Shown: piece after piece, positions 34,946 through 47,790 of the stretch
How positions within the stretch are numbered: the first letter of the stretch is position 1
How the letters are laid out: each line of letters begins with the position of its first letter
Source: Amphiscolops sp. MND2022
Lineage: Eukaryota
Assembly: GCA_964187785.1 (NCBI GenBank)
Contig: OZ076409.1
Span: forward strand, 31,312,001-31,376,000
DNA: 64,000 bases
Direction of reading: 5' to 3'
Notes under the pieces: model-generated
Database searches by the model: none
What the model was told of the DNA's origin: nothing
What the model saw: the letters and a program-made list of their open reading frames with translations, nothing else
Made by a program: the position numbers and the translations under genes

Positions 34946-35631
34946 ATTTGCATTGAGAGACCCTGCACGCAGTCATCGTTGGATTGCGAAGGACGCTGCT
35001 GCAAACTTAACTTGTCCACGAATGTATCTGATTGTGAACGGAATTTATTCAACCAAAACAGCGGAGACTAAGAAAATTGACTTGACATTAAGGTCAATAG
35101 AACCTTCTTCCCCGAACTTTTTCCCATGAGCTTTTTCCTCGTAAGAAATGAAATTGATTCATGCACATTTGATCTGAAAGCTCTCAAGGGCCCATGCGAA
35201 CACCTTGAACCTGTGCCTGAATACGAAGCGATCAGACCACTGAAAATGTTTACCCTCAGAAAACTAAGGATACTGCTCGCAATTCGCCTCGCTTTCGGCT
35301 GGGTCCCCTGTGGACCAGTTTCATCTGCTGTTGCATGCCCGTTTATACTTTTCACTCTTGACTGCCGAACAAAACGATGAACTTGCACAAGACATCAACT
35401 CTTGACACTTCTGAAAAGTACAAGGCAGTAGACAAACAAATTGATGCCTATGCTGTTCTTATCTTGGAATTTATGTCCACGTTCTGTGATGGTGTTCATG
35501 TACCACGTGGGAATGCTTTGGTCACACTGTGATAACATTCCCCTTTAATTACTACGCTTCTCTCCAACAGTTGGAGTCACTCTATGTAAGCGCTTGCAAA
35601 AGGATCCGAGCTCGAATGAGAGATACACAAA

Positions 35632-36810
35632 ATTTTTTTCTCTTTCAGATATCATGGATCTTAGTCATCAATCAACTACCATGTGTATCATCATGTTGGG
35701 GGGAGAAGACACACACCCGTGGTTTGCAACGAAAGTAGGGAACCCCATACCAACAACTATACCAGTAGACCAGTAACAAAAAAAAACAACCAACAAACTA
35801 CTCAGACCAGCCACTATGCAGTCGACCGGTGGAATTTTTTTTATAGCTGCTTTGATATAAAGGTCAAAAAAAATTAGGCTATATGTAATAAGTTTCTTCG
35901 AACGCATCTCTGTCGCTCACAGTTCCTAGAACACAGGCCGCATTGCCGATCTGAAGAGCCATTGAAATTCGTTGCTTCAAAAAGCTGCCAGCTAGTTGAT
36001 CGTCGTGCGAACGACAGAGCATTTTACAGAGACGCGTGATGAAAATTTCACTGCTCTCGCCTAAAGAACCTTGTACTTCCAAGGCCACTGGCTGAAAAAT
36101 AAATCCATTGTCTATTAATTCGCGATACTTTTCAATTTTACGCGCTTCAGCCTCGGTGGCGGTGGTTCCCGGGTTGCATTCAGGCGACTGGGTGCAAGAG
36201 CATCCACAACCGTGACATCCCACACCAGCTGTTAACCCATTTCCCAAGGAATCATGGTAACACCGTCTGGGCTCTTGCCATCAGTTCGGTACAGTCCACG
36301 CGGTTCGAGCATTGAAGGCAAGTCGAGATTTCCCAACGTCTGCTTTATGAGGGAATTGGGAGTAGCATGACGTGAGAAGCAACCAGCACTCTTAGTGCAA
36401 GAAAGACCGTGCAAACCGTCCCGTTCAACTCTTCTACCACAGTGGCACGTATGCGCAACGCAGATGTTGGCACCGAGACGCAAACCAATTGAAATTCGAA
36501 GTTGCTGATCATCAAGTTTCAGGCCTAGGTTCTTGCAAGGAACGACGTTCAGCCATTTAGACCCGAATTTGTCTTGATGAGCGTTGAAAACTTTCGAACG
36601 TTTGTCATCCATTCTAGAAACCAAATCTTGGGCAATTTTGACGTAGACAGGTTGTGTCCAATTTTTCTGAGTTCAATCGAGAGGACTTTCCTGTTCATTC
36701 GTCAAACTCAACCACTTCTCAAGCGCTTTTGTAAACGAAACATCTTCGAATGTTTCCGAGAAAATCATCGTGAGAAAGTCACTCGCACCAAAAGCTGAGG
36801 CCAAAACTTC
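35632..36810 (-). mobile_element. 5'-truncated non-LTR retrotransposon with restriction-like endonuclease (CRE-like clade)
   Basis: Zinc-knuckle region CHCG...HGLSC...RH, then EP..L..DGKSPDGVTMIPWEMG(K)QLVWDVTVVD (frameshifted) and AEARKIEKY, then 3'UTR and a short A-tail (T-run at ~35632). The same 3' end recurs at 63372-63762. Confidence 0.85.
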
Positions 36811-36975
36811 TTAACCTTCAAGGAAGTTCCTGTCCGGAAGAACCAACTCTTTTCCCAACATTGAAAAAAACTGTTCTCAGCTCTGCAGAAAATGAAGTTA
36901 TTCTAGTGAAGAGTAATAGCTTCGGAAGTCTCGCGTTCCGGCATTGGAGTGCATTTTTTTTCACACAAAAACGAT

Positions 36976-37130
36976 AGTAGTTAAAATTTCCGCCGGTCTT
37001 TCAACTGGGGTCCTCGGTTTTCACGGGGTGGGTCCGTGCTCTGAAATTTTAGGACCCATCCCTAAAAGGAAGGGGTCCTTCCAAATTGGTGCTCGGAATT
37101 GCTTCGGCTTTTGACAACGAAAGTAAATTA
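36976..37130 (+). repeat. Polinton left terminal inverted repeat
   Basis: Reverse complement matches 52551-52713 apart from a poly-C expansion and a few substitutions. Confidence 0.95.
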
Positions 37131-37209
37131 AGTTTAAAACAAAATGAATTTCACAAATTCAAGCTTTATTATGATATTAATGTTATCCAAAGAAAATTAG
37201 TGAATGATA

Positions 37210-40200
37210 TTACTGTAATTCATTATCAATACAAAATTTGACTTTTTTCTGTGGAGGGGGACCACGGGTGGGAACTTCCACTGCTTCACAGTCTAAAAAT
37301 ACATTTGGTTGGGTATTGGGTAAGTCTTCTTCGAAATCAGACAACTCTGTTAGGTCAATAACGTCTGGTATTTCACTTTCTTCTATTGCATTATGATTAA
37401 GTCCATGGTCGGGTGGGGAAAATGAAGCTGGTTGGTTGGAGTTTGACTTTATCGGTGACTGAATAAAGTCCTCCCCCTCGTTCCCCAAATCGCAATCCGC
37501 CCCAATTTCTCTGAATATTACGTCGTCTCGCAAAGAATAATGTCCAAAAGGTAAGGTATCAACACCGTTTGGCATTATATATCTTTTATCGTCCAAACAG
37601 CTTAGAGAAATTTTTGTCGTCTGCAAGGTAAACAGATTATGTCTTTCACTGCTTATTGTGTAGTTTAATGTTCTAAGTAATGTTTCTTTTTCAAGAATTC
37701 GATAAAATACAGAGTGTTGTAGGTTCTGTTGTGCATGTTTGGTGGTTCCTTTTGCAGAAATTTTTTGTTGATCACCCATAGCGATTGAATACAATTTTGA
37801 TTTTAGTGCAACAATGCTGTGTATGATTTTACCACCAACTTCGTTTTTGAATTTCAAAGTTTCCAACTTTTGATGTTTGGAATATAGTTGATTATCTTCT
37901 TTATAGTTTGAAAAGTCAAACTCTGGATGCACTTGTTCGTTTTGTTTGAGGTCAGCCTATAAGTCTTCCGATTCGATTTCATAAATTAGGGAATCTGTAT
38001 CGGAGTAGAGCTTTAATGTTCGGAAGTTTGGTTTCATGTACATGTAATGAAACCAGTACATATGTCGTTTAGATAAATCCAAGATGGTAGCGCCGACTAT
38101 GGTTGGCTTGTCCCAGTAAATTTTGCGCTGTGCAAACGTTATGGCAGCCAACTGGTTGTTGAAAATCTTGAACGTTTCCATCCACATTTTGCTTGTTTGC
38201 TTTTGCAACTCATCTTGCGTGCGGACAATCTCAATGAGCAATCTTTTTCTTTTACTTTCCATGGTTTTACCAAAAGCAGAGTTGCTCATGAGTTTGAAAA
38301 AGTTTTCTTCAAACTTGTTTGTAGACGCTTTTCGTTTCATTGTGTTTAACTGTATATATGGCTGAAGCCATTTTGACTGTTCAAATTGCAACACTTTATG
38401 TACTTTGGTAACTTGTAACCCCAATTCTCAGTATAATTTCAATGTCATGTAATGTATAGTATAATTGGTTTTGTCGTAGAGTGTTTGGATCACCTTTTTG
38501 TTTTTTGTTGAAAAGGTCTTTGTTCCACTCATTGCCAGCAATCGTGTTTGATATTCACCGAGCCAAAAAATTAATTGTTTCCTTCGTAGGAGCCAATGGG
38601 AAATCAGTGTGTAAATCGTGCAGATGATCAAAATATTGCAAGTCAACTTCCAATACATATCCAACTGGTGAGTCATTTGGAGTATTTAGAATTTATTGTA
38701 GGTCTACTTTGCCTTCTCTTTTCAATACAAAGTTTTTTTAAGGCAAGGGGAACTTTTCCATGATTCCTCCATACAAGTTGTTCGCATCAATAAAAAATCC
38801 AAATGTTTGCTTCTGTGAAGAGTTGTATGTTGGTAGATATTTGTTATTTGCTTCAAATTTGCGTTTTGCAAACACGGAAGAAATTCCTCCCCGGATTAGG
38901 TTTTCAGCAACTTCAAGGTGTTCTCGATTAGTTAGTAATTCGATTTCTGCGTTGCAGACTTTAAAGAAGGCTTCACCGGACAAATTGGACGCAGTATAGA
39001 AATGAGCACAATCCAGTCCGTAAGTTGCACAACACACTTTTCTAAACTCTTCAAACACCGAGGCCAAAATCAAAACATCGGTGTGTAAATATAAATCGTG
39101 ATAGTGACCTAGTGTTTTGCAATCGAACTCTTGGTATACAAGACTAGCCTGTTGTAAATCCTGATCACTAATTGTGACTTCACCCCTGCGAGAGTGTTTT
39201 TCCAAAACTCTTTTGGGGGAAGTTTTTCCTCGGCAAGTTTATCAAAACTGTACATGTATGAATAGGGATAAACACCTTTCCTTTTCAGCAAGTCAATTTG
39301 CGACGGTGTTTTGTATGTATTGAATTGACTCTCCAGATAAAAGAATTTATCTTGTGGTAAGAAACCCGCCAGTTTATCTAGTGACTGAGGCATGAACTTG
39401 AAAGAGTCCAGGAATCGCATGTCTTCATATATATTTTTTGTCATTCCATTCTTGTCAGTATATGAGTTCACCCACACAGAAAATGTGAAGGAAATGTACT
39501 TTCCGTCAGTTATAGCAATAACTGAAAACTTGTTCTTTGGATTACATTTGTTGATTGCCGAACAAATGTGGTGTATATCATATCCAGCCATGTTGTGTGC
39601 TATCACGGGGGTGAAGTTTATTGACTTCCTTTTTAGATTACATTCTGAATGTGCCCACCCTAGGAATGTACCACTGTAATGACAATGGTCCACTACTTTC
39701 TTCTCGTCATTCGTGAAAGGTTTTTTACAAATCCAACAATCATTTACAGAGTCTTTGTGCGTCGAAGTCTTGCTCTTGTAAATTCGGTGATTTTGTTTTC
39801 TATGATAAATGTCTGTTGCCAATTTTTCCAATTCTTTTATTAAATCGTCCAAGCAATCGGGACCTCGCTTGATTCAGTAAGACAAACCTTTATCATTTCC
39901 ATGTTCTACAATTACAAAAGCATAACCATAAGGCACATGTTTTTCCAACTTTACTTGACTGCTAACACTGGGTGAAAGAGCGCATGTAGATAAAGGCACT
40001 AGGAGCGCTTCAGTATGAAGGTAAATAACCAGTGGAACAAACCAAATTGCTCTTGTATTTTTGAATTGATGTATGTTTTTATGGTCATCGGGTAAAATGA
40101 TCGCCGCGGCCTCGTTTTCGTAACAGTTGCGCTTGTGTCTTTCGAAACTCTCGATTGAAGTACAAATATGAAAACAGTTTATGCAAATTTCTTCCCTCGA

Positions 40201-41373
40201 TCTACTTTGTTTATTTTTCAAAAAGTTAACAAAATGTTTCAAATCAGTAATCAGTACGTAGTGATGAGAACCTCCTTCTGACAACAATAATAGATCCATG
40301 ATAAAGTCACTATGGAATTGGGAGACCCTGAGAGGTAACAAATCTTTCTTCTCCAATATAAACACATTGACTTGGACTTTGTTGAGTTTTTCGAAACGTT
40401 CAAGATCATGAAACGGCATTGGCATCCGAAAGTTGCCTGCATGCTTTTTTGCCAGAGGATTATATGTAGGATTATAAGTGCCTGGGTTTGTTGTGCAGCG
40501 CCACGAACTTGTTTCAACCAATGGTATGTCTGTGTGCAAGTGGTAAGCGGCCGTATAACAATATATAAAGCAATTCTCATCTTCATTGTTCCGAATATTG
40601 AGTAGTGACCTACAACCTTGAAGTTTATTTGGAAGTGCCATGTAAGAGCTACCCCGGATGGGAGAATAGGATGTAAATTTAACAAAAAGGATTTTAATTA
40701 TGGATAGAATTCACCCACTTCCTTGGGATGCAAAAGTAAATAAAGCTGAAGTAGGTTGTTCTATCAAATGATAATAGTCGTTGTCTGTGATCCCAAAAAA
40801 GTAAACTGGTTGCAACTTTGTGTTGGTATAAATTGTGATTGTCTCTTGAGATTCATCATCAACTTTCGGTTTAACTAACTTCAATTCAGTTGTTAATTGA
40901 AATTTTTTGGGTCCATTGCGACATTTTTCTCTAATGAGGTTTTGTATTTGAATTTTTTCTTTACAAAGTAGTTCAAATAAACCAATTGATGTGATCCTTC
41001 GCTTGAGTTGATACGTTTCCAATGATCCCCAAAAGGCTTTTTCCACCTGTTGCTAACCGGTCATTCTTTCGATGTTGTCATTTTGGCGGGATGTGAATTT
41101 TGTTGGTAAACCATGATCATGCTCAAGATGATACGAGTATTTCGTAGCTTCACCGTAAACTATGTTGCAATAAAGGCAATGATTTACTATTATGTGTCCA
41201 TGATTTTGTAAAAAATGTTGTTTCATCGTAACCAGAGAAGTGTTTTGAAAATCACAATCGGAGCAAGCAAAAGGTTGAACTTTGGGTTGTGTGTTGTGTA
41301 TTTTTTGCTTGTGTCGACGCAAATTTCTCAAAGAACTATATGTTTTTAGACAAAGATCACACTCCACACCCAT
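37210..41373 (-). pseudogene. Protein-primed DNA polymerase B with N-terminal C2H2 fingers and an endonuclease VII-like domain (frameshifted)
   Basis: CDLC..HKQKIH fingers; ENCFIYC; CWIC..VVDHCHYSG..AHSECN; AHNMAGYD (exo II); RFLDS; KGVYPY; DANNLYG; KLMSNSAFGK; YSDTDS. Split over at least 7 ORFs. Confidence 0.95.
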
Positions 41374-41744
41374 TTTGGAAAGTCGAGTGTTCCTCAATGT
41401 TGAGATTGAGAAAAAGTTTTTGCACTTCGCTCCAATCAATTAACGAGGCGATTACCATTTATGGTATCCCGAGCGACTGAATTCTTTGAATTCTGATTCG
41501 ATCACTATTTATGGTATCCCAGGTGCCATTTTTACCAAGAAAATTGTTTGCATGTTCGGCTATTAACAAGGCGATAACCAATTATGGTATCCCGAGAGAC
41601 TGGATTTCTTTGAATTCTGATTCGACCACCTTTTACGGTATGCCAGGCGCCATGTTTTTTCCAGGAAAATTGTTTGCATGTTCGACTAACTTTTCGTTTC
41701 CGTATATTGACTGCTGGGCATTATGGGGGGGAGGAACGGGATTT

Positions 41745-42660
41745 TCTTTCATTTTTTCAAAAAGTCAAATTTTCCATGCACCCCGCTTTTTCGAATTTCA
41801 CTTTTTCAAAATCGTCTTGCGCACCTACCTGCAAATTTTCAGACCGACCTGACCAACAGTTTTCGAGAAAATTGACATTTTTTGTCAAAAAATGGCAATT
41901 TTAAAAAATGCATTTTTGTGTCAAAATTTCAACACTTGATAAAGCTAGCGCCCTGTGGTTTTCACCAGCGTGTTCAGCGTCCCCTTTTCCAGTTGTGTGC
42001 CAATTTATGGCTCCAAAACTTTTTTCAATGCTGAGAAATGTTTGTTTTTTTGACCAAAAATGATCAAAAATTGAGTTTAAAAAATGTTAAAAATCTCGTA
42101 AACTACGCAATTTTTGAAATTTTCTCCTATGGAAAAGTCTTGTAAATTTTTTGCATACTCAACTCTCAAATTTGGTTTCTAAACAACTTTGATTGCTTGA
42201 ACAATCAAATTTCGCCTATAATAGAGGAGTACAAAGTGAATTTTTCCATTTTTTCAAAAAAATCAAAATTTCCATACACCCCTTTTTTCGAATTTCATTT
42301 TTTCAAAATCGTCTTGAGCACCTACCTGCAAATTTTCAGACCGATCCGACCAACAGTTTTCGAGAAAGTTGACAATTTTTGTCAAAAAATGGCATTTTTA
42401 AAAAATGCATTTTTTGGTCAAAACCTCAACACTCGGTAAAGCTAGCGCCCTGTGGTTTTCACCAGCGTATTCAGCGTCCTCTTTTCTAGTTGTGTGCCAA
42501 TTTTTGGCTCCGAAACTTTTTTCAATGTTAAGAAAGGTTTGTTTTTTTGACCAAAAATGATCAAAAATTGAGTTTAAAACATGTTAAAAATCTCGTGAAC
42601 TACGCGATTTTTGAAATTTACCCCTATGGAAAAGTCTTGTAAATTTTTCGCAAACTCACG
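41745..42660. repeat. ~500-bp direct duplication inside the Polinton non-coding region
   Basis: GAATTTCA.TTTTTCAAAATCGTCTTG.GCACCTACCTGCAAATTTTCAGACCGA at ~41793 and ~42291; a separate ~122-bp duplication lies at ~41438 and ~41561. Confidence 0.9.
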
Positions 42661-43005
42661 TTCCAAAAACGATTTTTTAGGCTACTTTAAACAGAACTCT
42701 GCATAAAATGTCTTCAAAATCCGACGTGGTTAGTAAGCTTTTGACAGTATTGGTTAGATTGGTTAGTAAGCTTTTGAAAGTATTTGTTTGATTGGTTAGA
42801 ATCGCTTCAAAAGTTTCTTTTCCTGCTGTTTTGCCTTCTTCACTGATGGTGGCTCCAACGCTGCAGTTCGAGTGCTATCAGGCGTCACAATTTGAGGACT
42901 CACTGTTAGATCATCGCCATCTTTCGTCTCTTCGTCTTCTGTTGTACAGACCAGAACTTCTGGGGAGACTTGTGGTGATGGAGATGCAGGATCATGTTCA
43001 ACTTC

Positions 43006-43395
43006 CTAAAAATCTTCAAGTGAATCAATCTCCCTGAAGAACCCCATTTGATTCTCCGTTAATGTAACCATTGCGCAGTCGTCTCTACACAGGATGCGTT
43101 TGATTTGGATAGGTAGCATTGGTAGGTCACAACGATGAAGACTTTCTATACCCCAGTTAGACGCTGCTTCACAGTCCACAGAGTCAATCTTCCTCTTTCT
43201 TTCCAGAATCGTCTTTTCAGTTGGTGGTTTGCTCAACTTGTGATAGACCATGTTTGGTAACAGAATATGTTGCTTTGTTTCCCACCTGTCATTTTCGTCA
43301 GACCTCACCTGTTCAATTATTGAGAGCGCTTTTTGAAATTGTGTTTCATAAATGATGAAGCGTTTGCTTGTAAAATGTGTAAAGACAGTAGCCAT
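43006..43395 (-). CDS. Polinton accessory ORF of unknown function
   Basis: 129-aa ATG-initiated ORF inside the element; no recognisable motif. Confidence 0.45.
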   Translation of the reverse strand: MATVFTHFTSKRFIIYETQFQKALSIIEQVRSDENDRWETKQHILLPNMVYHKLSKPPTEKTILERKRKIDSVDCEAASNWGIESLHRCDLPMLPIQIKRILCRDDCAMVTLTENQMGFFREIDSLEDF

Positions 43396-43634
43396 AGTTG
43401 AATCGTCGACTTGGCGAAGACCAACTGTTTAAGCGGTAGTGAATTTATCGAATAACGACTTGAGTTTTGAACGCTAGTGAATCTACAGTTTTTTGTTTGT
43501 CACGATGGTCCGATTTCCACATGGTAACAATGTGTTTTGAAGTATTACATCGAGTCTATTTTGGTTTTTCAGATGTTTTGAATTTAACACCAGTGTCGTG
43601 GCATGGGCGTTTGCTGTCTACTTGAAAGATCAAC

Positions 43635-44204
43635 GTGGGTGGCAATGATCTTGATTTATCAGTCGGCGGTGCAAGCGTTTGTTGTTTACATGAAAGATTA
43701 AAGCGGGGTGGCCAAACCTTGAACCATAAAAGCCCACCCACCTCAGACCTTGACCTTGCAATATTTGCCAGGTTCTTCATACTTTTGATTTTGTTTCCAA
43801 CATTCAGAAGGTTCTCTGGCAATTTTACTCTTGCTAAGGACGAAGATTTTGGTGACTATTATTGTGATTTATCAGAAAAATCCAACAGAATATTGCGAGC
43901 AACGATGAAAACATACGAACATACAGGAACCTACGTGTTTCTAAAACTCTTCAAAAAGAAGGCAGACGCCGAATTTGCTCTGGCTCAAAAAATCACCTTG
44001 ACAAAAGAAGAGTTTGAAGTTCTACTGTGGAAAGGAAAATCAGTTCTACAACCGTCGAATATCAAAAAAGTTACAAAAAAGTGCAAAAAAATTAAGAAAT
44101 CCTCATTTGTTGATTCTGTGGCGGAGGAGGATGACGGGGACAACGTAGACGTAGAAAACAATGAGAATAATGATCCTAGAAAGTATGGTGGAAGCAATGT
44201 TTGA
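43635..44204 (+). CDS. Polinton accessory ORF, possible PC4-like DNA-binding protein with acidic tail
   Basis: The C-terminal half RILRATMKTY..GTYVFLKLFKK...KITLTKEEFEVL resembles the PC4 beta-beta-beta-helix pattern; start uncertain. Confidence 0.4.
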   Translation: MGGNDLDLSVGGASVCCLHERLKRGGQTLNHKSPPTSDLDLAIFARFFILLILFPTFRRFSGNFTLAKDEDFGDYYCDLSEKSNRILRATMKTYEHTGTYVFLKLFKKKADAEFALAQKITLTKEEFEVLLWKGKSVLQPSNIKKVTKKCKKIKKSSFVDSVAEEDDGDNVDVENNENNDPRKYGGSNV

Positions 44205-44880
44205 GCGTTCTCCCGATTACTTTAAGCAATTTAGAAAAAAAATTTCGCTTCTTTTTATTCAAGGAAAAACCCAAAGCTGGCGTGGACTTCCCATTAGATG
44301 TTGTTATTTCTTTTGGCTTACACTCACTTGTGCATGATGGGCTTTGTTTGTAACGCTTTGCCAGAAAATCACTATCATGTTTTGGCCCAGTGTTTATGTG
44401 AAAATTATAAAGGGCAACCCAAAAGTTACTTATTACCATGTTTATATTCAACCTACGCCTTACTAATTACAACAGTGATGAGAAGGAAATAGGTGGTGAA
44501 TTTTTCGAAAAATTGGATCAAGCCGTTCAATACAATTGTGACCCTCCTAATCGAAACCCAAAGAAACTCTTGCCATCAATCTGTTTTTCTGTTCAAAAAT
44601 GTGACAAGGCTATGCAAGTCAGCTCTGGGTTGAGTCAAGGAACAATACAACGCTTGGAAAATGTTATGCTTGGGCCGTATGGTGGTCATTTCCAACTCAT
44701 TGCTGATATTTTTCAAACTGGTCACGTATTGCTTAATTTTGTGCCTGTACTAACCTTTTCTCTGAATGAAAATGTTTGACAATAAAAATGTTTGAAATTA
44801 AACCTTAAATTACATGAGAGTTTTTACAAAGCGAAGCAAATCAGTTTCAAAAATGTAAGAAATCAATGGATAATACAAAC

Positions 44881-45249
44881 TTAACAAAAATGAGCAATAT
44901 AAATACAATACAAACCACACAAGTTTGAATTTTGATTTTGTAACGGCGTCTTTGTGGCATCCTTTAAGGTCTGCTGAACTTGGATTGGTATCGCGGAGAT
45001 ACTTTTAGCAACATTAGGATAATGTAAAAATAGGTCTATTCCAAGGGGATCTGCAAAGTTGAAAGTACCTTTCACGTTGCTCCAAACAATCCAATGTTTC
45101 CCAGCGCTATTTGAATTTTCTGAATTGACAATTACAAAAGTGTTGTTGGGTAATAGGATAGGAAACTTGTCTGTGGGATAAATTCCTCTAAACTTGTATT
45201 TCAATCTTGGGCTGTTTTTTAATAGGTGTGCAATGTAATCTTCATCCAT
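44881..45249 (-). CDS. Adenain-like cysteine maturation protease
   Basis: IVNSE...GKHW (His), FADPLG (Asp), LQ..NSNLCGLYC (Gln/Cys); the C-terminus is probably frameshifted. Confidence 0.92.
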   Translation of the reverse strand: MDEDYIAHLLKNSPRLKYKFRGIYPTDKFPILLPNNTFVIVNSENSNSAGKHWIVWSNVKGTFNFADPLGIDLFLHYPNVAKSISAIPIQVQQTLKDATKTPLQNQNSNLCGLYCIYIAHFC

Positions 45250-45306
45250 TTTTCAAGTCGTAGGGTTCAACATGACGTTTTTGGAGACTTTTCTATGAGA
45301 GACAAT

Positions 45307-46580
45307 TTAAATTGTTGATGCTTTTTCGCCCAACAGAAACACCTCAGTGTTCACTGCCAGCGCTGCTGAAAACTTCAACTCGAGCAAAATGGCTGCGTTA
45401 GTAAGCTCAGGATAAAGAAAATCATGAGATGCTTGTTGGGTGCTAGTCAGGTCAAACACCATTACAAAATGATTAGCATAGTCGGCGAAAGGAATTCCAT
45501 GTCCATGATGACCAAAGGTGAGAGCATCCATTGTTGACATGAGAACTCGTTTTAGATCATCTGTTGCCAAAGGATTTCCTGCAACAGGGTATCCATTCCG
45601 GTAAACAGTAACTTCGTTTAGGTTATGTTTTTGGTAATGAAATGGATTTGTATCGTTTGAACCAAGAAAAGACGCATTACTGACGAGCGCCAAAGCAAAT
45701 CGTCGAATTGGTTCTCGACTGAAAACGTCTTCCTTACTCCAACTGCGACTACCTGTCGGTATGAGGAAAGTTTTGGGTAGAACCTCTGAGTACCGATACA
45801 GAGCTGGAGTTTTTGTCAGAGATTTCTCTATGGCTATAAAAACCTGCTCAGAAACTGTCATTTTCCGGACGTAAAGATTTGCTTGGGTAATGGTAATTTT
45901 GTAATTTTTTGCAACGTCATCATGAATCAAAACAAACTCTGGTTTCGAACGGACAAAAGAAATTCGCAAAGTCACTCCACTCAGTGAATGTTTATCACAA
46001 GAAAATACATCAGCTGCAACTTTTCCAAAAAATGTTAATTCTCCAGACTGTCTCGACTCCAATTCTCTGTTTGTAAATGGAGTTGTTGTACTGTTCCCAG
46101 GATGCTGCTCATATGTATATCCTTGGCAACGTAACCATGTATCTTTGGCTTCCTTGCCATTCGAATATTCGGTTTCAATGAAGGCCTTGTGTGCGTAAAC
46201 ACCGTTTGCATTGGAATTTTGATTCCATTAGCAGTAACAGTGCATTCGGAGAATAGAGAGTGTATTTTATTATTCGCAAAAATAGGAGTGTCTGTTTGTG
46301 TTGCATCCGTTGCATCATATCGTAAGTCATTTCCATCGCTTTCTTTAATTTTGCATTTTAGCTCGAGAAAAAATTTTTGTAGGTCCAAAAAATTATTTCG
46401 GTCTCCTACAACTTCAAATTCCAATGTTGGTCCATTGGGGGAGTAAATCGGGCCAATCTTGTGTTCAAAGGAAGAGTCAAATGTAATCAAAACTGGTGAT
46501 TGCTCAAAAATGTCGAGGGAACTATGTGAAGCTTTGAGTGGTAAATTGTTAGGCAACATTTTTGACTTTTGAAAAGACAT
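45307..46580 (-). pseudogene. Double-jelly-roll major capsid protein (frameshifted)
   Basis: SSLDIFE..LEFEVVGD..FLDL..FANNKIHSLFSECTVTANG, then ANLYVRK, NPFHYQ, VFDLT; two frames joined near 46200. Confidence 0.9.
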
Positions 46581-46621
46581 CGGACCGACTTCTCTGTTTG
46601 CGTTTTGATTTCGTAATGGTT

Positions 46622-46924
46622 TTATCGTTTCTTTGAAGAACGTTTGCTTTTTCCACCAATCTGCTCCTTTATCGTCTTTTTCATAGCTGTTTTAGCAGCC
46701 TCACGTGGCGATTTTCGCTTTGCAATAACATCAAAGACCTCAGGGACACTTTGAACGAGCATATTTTTGCCAATTTTTTTGCAGCAGGTAATTAAAAATT
46801 TTTTTGCAAAGGGTAAAGCAACTCGGCCAATACCGGCTGCCAGTGCACCAATTCCACTACCTCGTTGTCTGTTGTAACTGGCGAAATGGGGTAAGTACAC
46901 TTGCTTTGAGTAATAGTCTTCCAT
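46622..46924 (-). CDS. Small basic virion core or membrane-active protein
   Basis: MEDYY..Q...RQRGSGIGAL...RVALP amphipathic N-terminus, typical of the Polinton gene between the capsid genes; QRG/SG and IGG/K are candidate protease sites. Confidence 0.75.
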   Translation of the reverse strand: MEDYYSKQVYLPHFASYNRQRGSGIGALAAGIGRVALPFAKKFLITCCKKIGKNMLVQSVPEVFDVIAKRKSPREAAKTAMKKTIKEQIGGKSKRSSKKR

Positions 46925-47790
46925 TAGGCGAATTTTTAAATTTTAGGGTCAAAACAACTTGAACTTTACCACAAAAGGGTACCAGGATCCCAGTCTCTGT
47001 TCTGAGTTGAATGCTTATTGTTTGAATATTTTGAACCAACAGTTTCTTGTATTGTAAATCAAAAAATGATCTTGTTTCCAAATTTTGGGATGTCACGACC
47101 TTGCCACTTTCAACACGTTTCCCACTATCAATGATTCTCAAAACGGGTGCTTTTACGTCGCCCGTGTTTTGATATTCAATCAAGTCAGTGTAAACAAGAA
47201 TTGGAGTAATGCCAGAAATCAAATCCACCGGAAAGTCATTCACAACCCATCTACTGTTCAGGATGTCTTCGTTTCCTATATTAATACCAAAAGCAGTCTC
47301 TTTTCCCTTGAATCCAAGTAGGTTGGGAATGTTTCTGTTAGGAAAAGTGTACCCAGCATATGCAACAAATTTAATTCCTAGGCAATTTTCGGTGGATCTA
47401 TGTTTACCGTCTTCCGTGAGTAAATTTATTTTTGAACGCATTTCAAAAAGTAGGTTATTGATATGACTGTACATCGAAGGTCTTATCTTTAGTTTTTGAT
47501 AAAATGGAACAACTGGTTCAGAATCGATTTCAGTTTCCTCTGCTTTTTCTTCATCACTTTCGTCAAGGTTTTCTTCATCTTCCTTCTTTTTGGTAGTGTG
47601 AACGTAATTTAAAAAAGTCTGTGTAAACGTTATTAATTTCCGAGGGAAAAATAATTTCTGATAGAGCCACACGCCAGTCGCCTTCCAGGGAAATATTTTG
47701 TCGGAGTTGATTTTTGAATGCTGCCAATGTATTGTCATCAAAATTTTCTAATGACGCTGTGGATAATAAATGAACTTCAAATTCGTCGAA
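46924..47790 (-). pseudogene. Minor capsid (penton) protein, frameshifted
   Basis: The N-terminus FEVHLLSTASLENFDDNTLAAFKNQL...LEGDWRVALSEIIFP is read at the end of the integrase ORF; the C-terminus is LVYTDLIEYQNTGDVKAPVLR...IQTISIQLRTETG..VPF. Confidence 0.88.

Noticed and set aside
34950..35630. Possible BEL/Pao gag remnant
   Set aside because: Only vague Cys/His spacing; too decayed to support.
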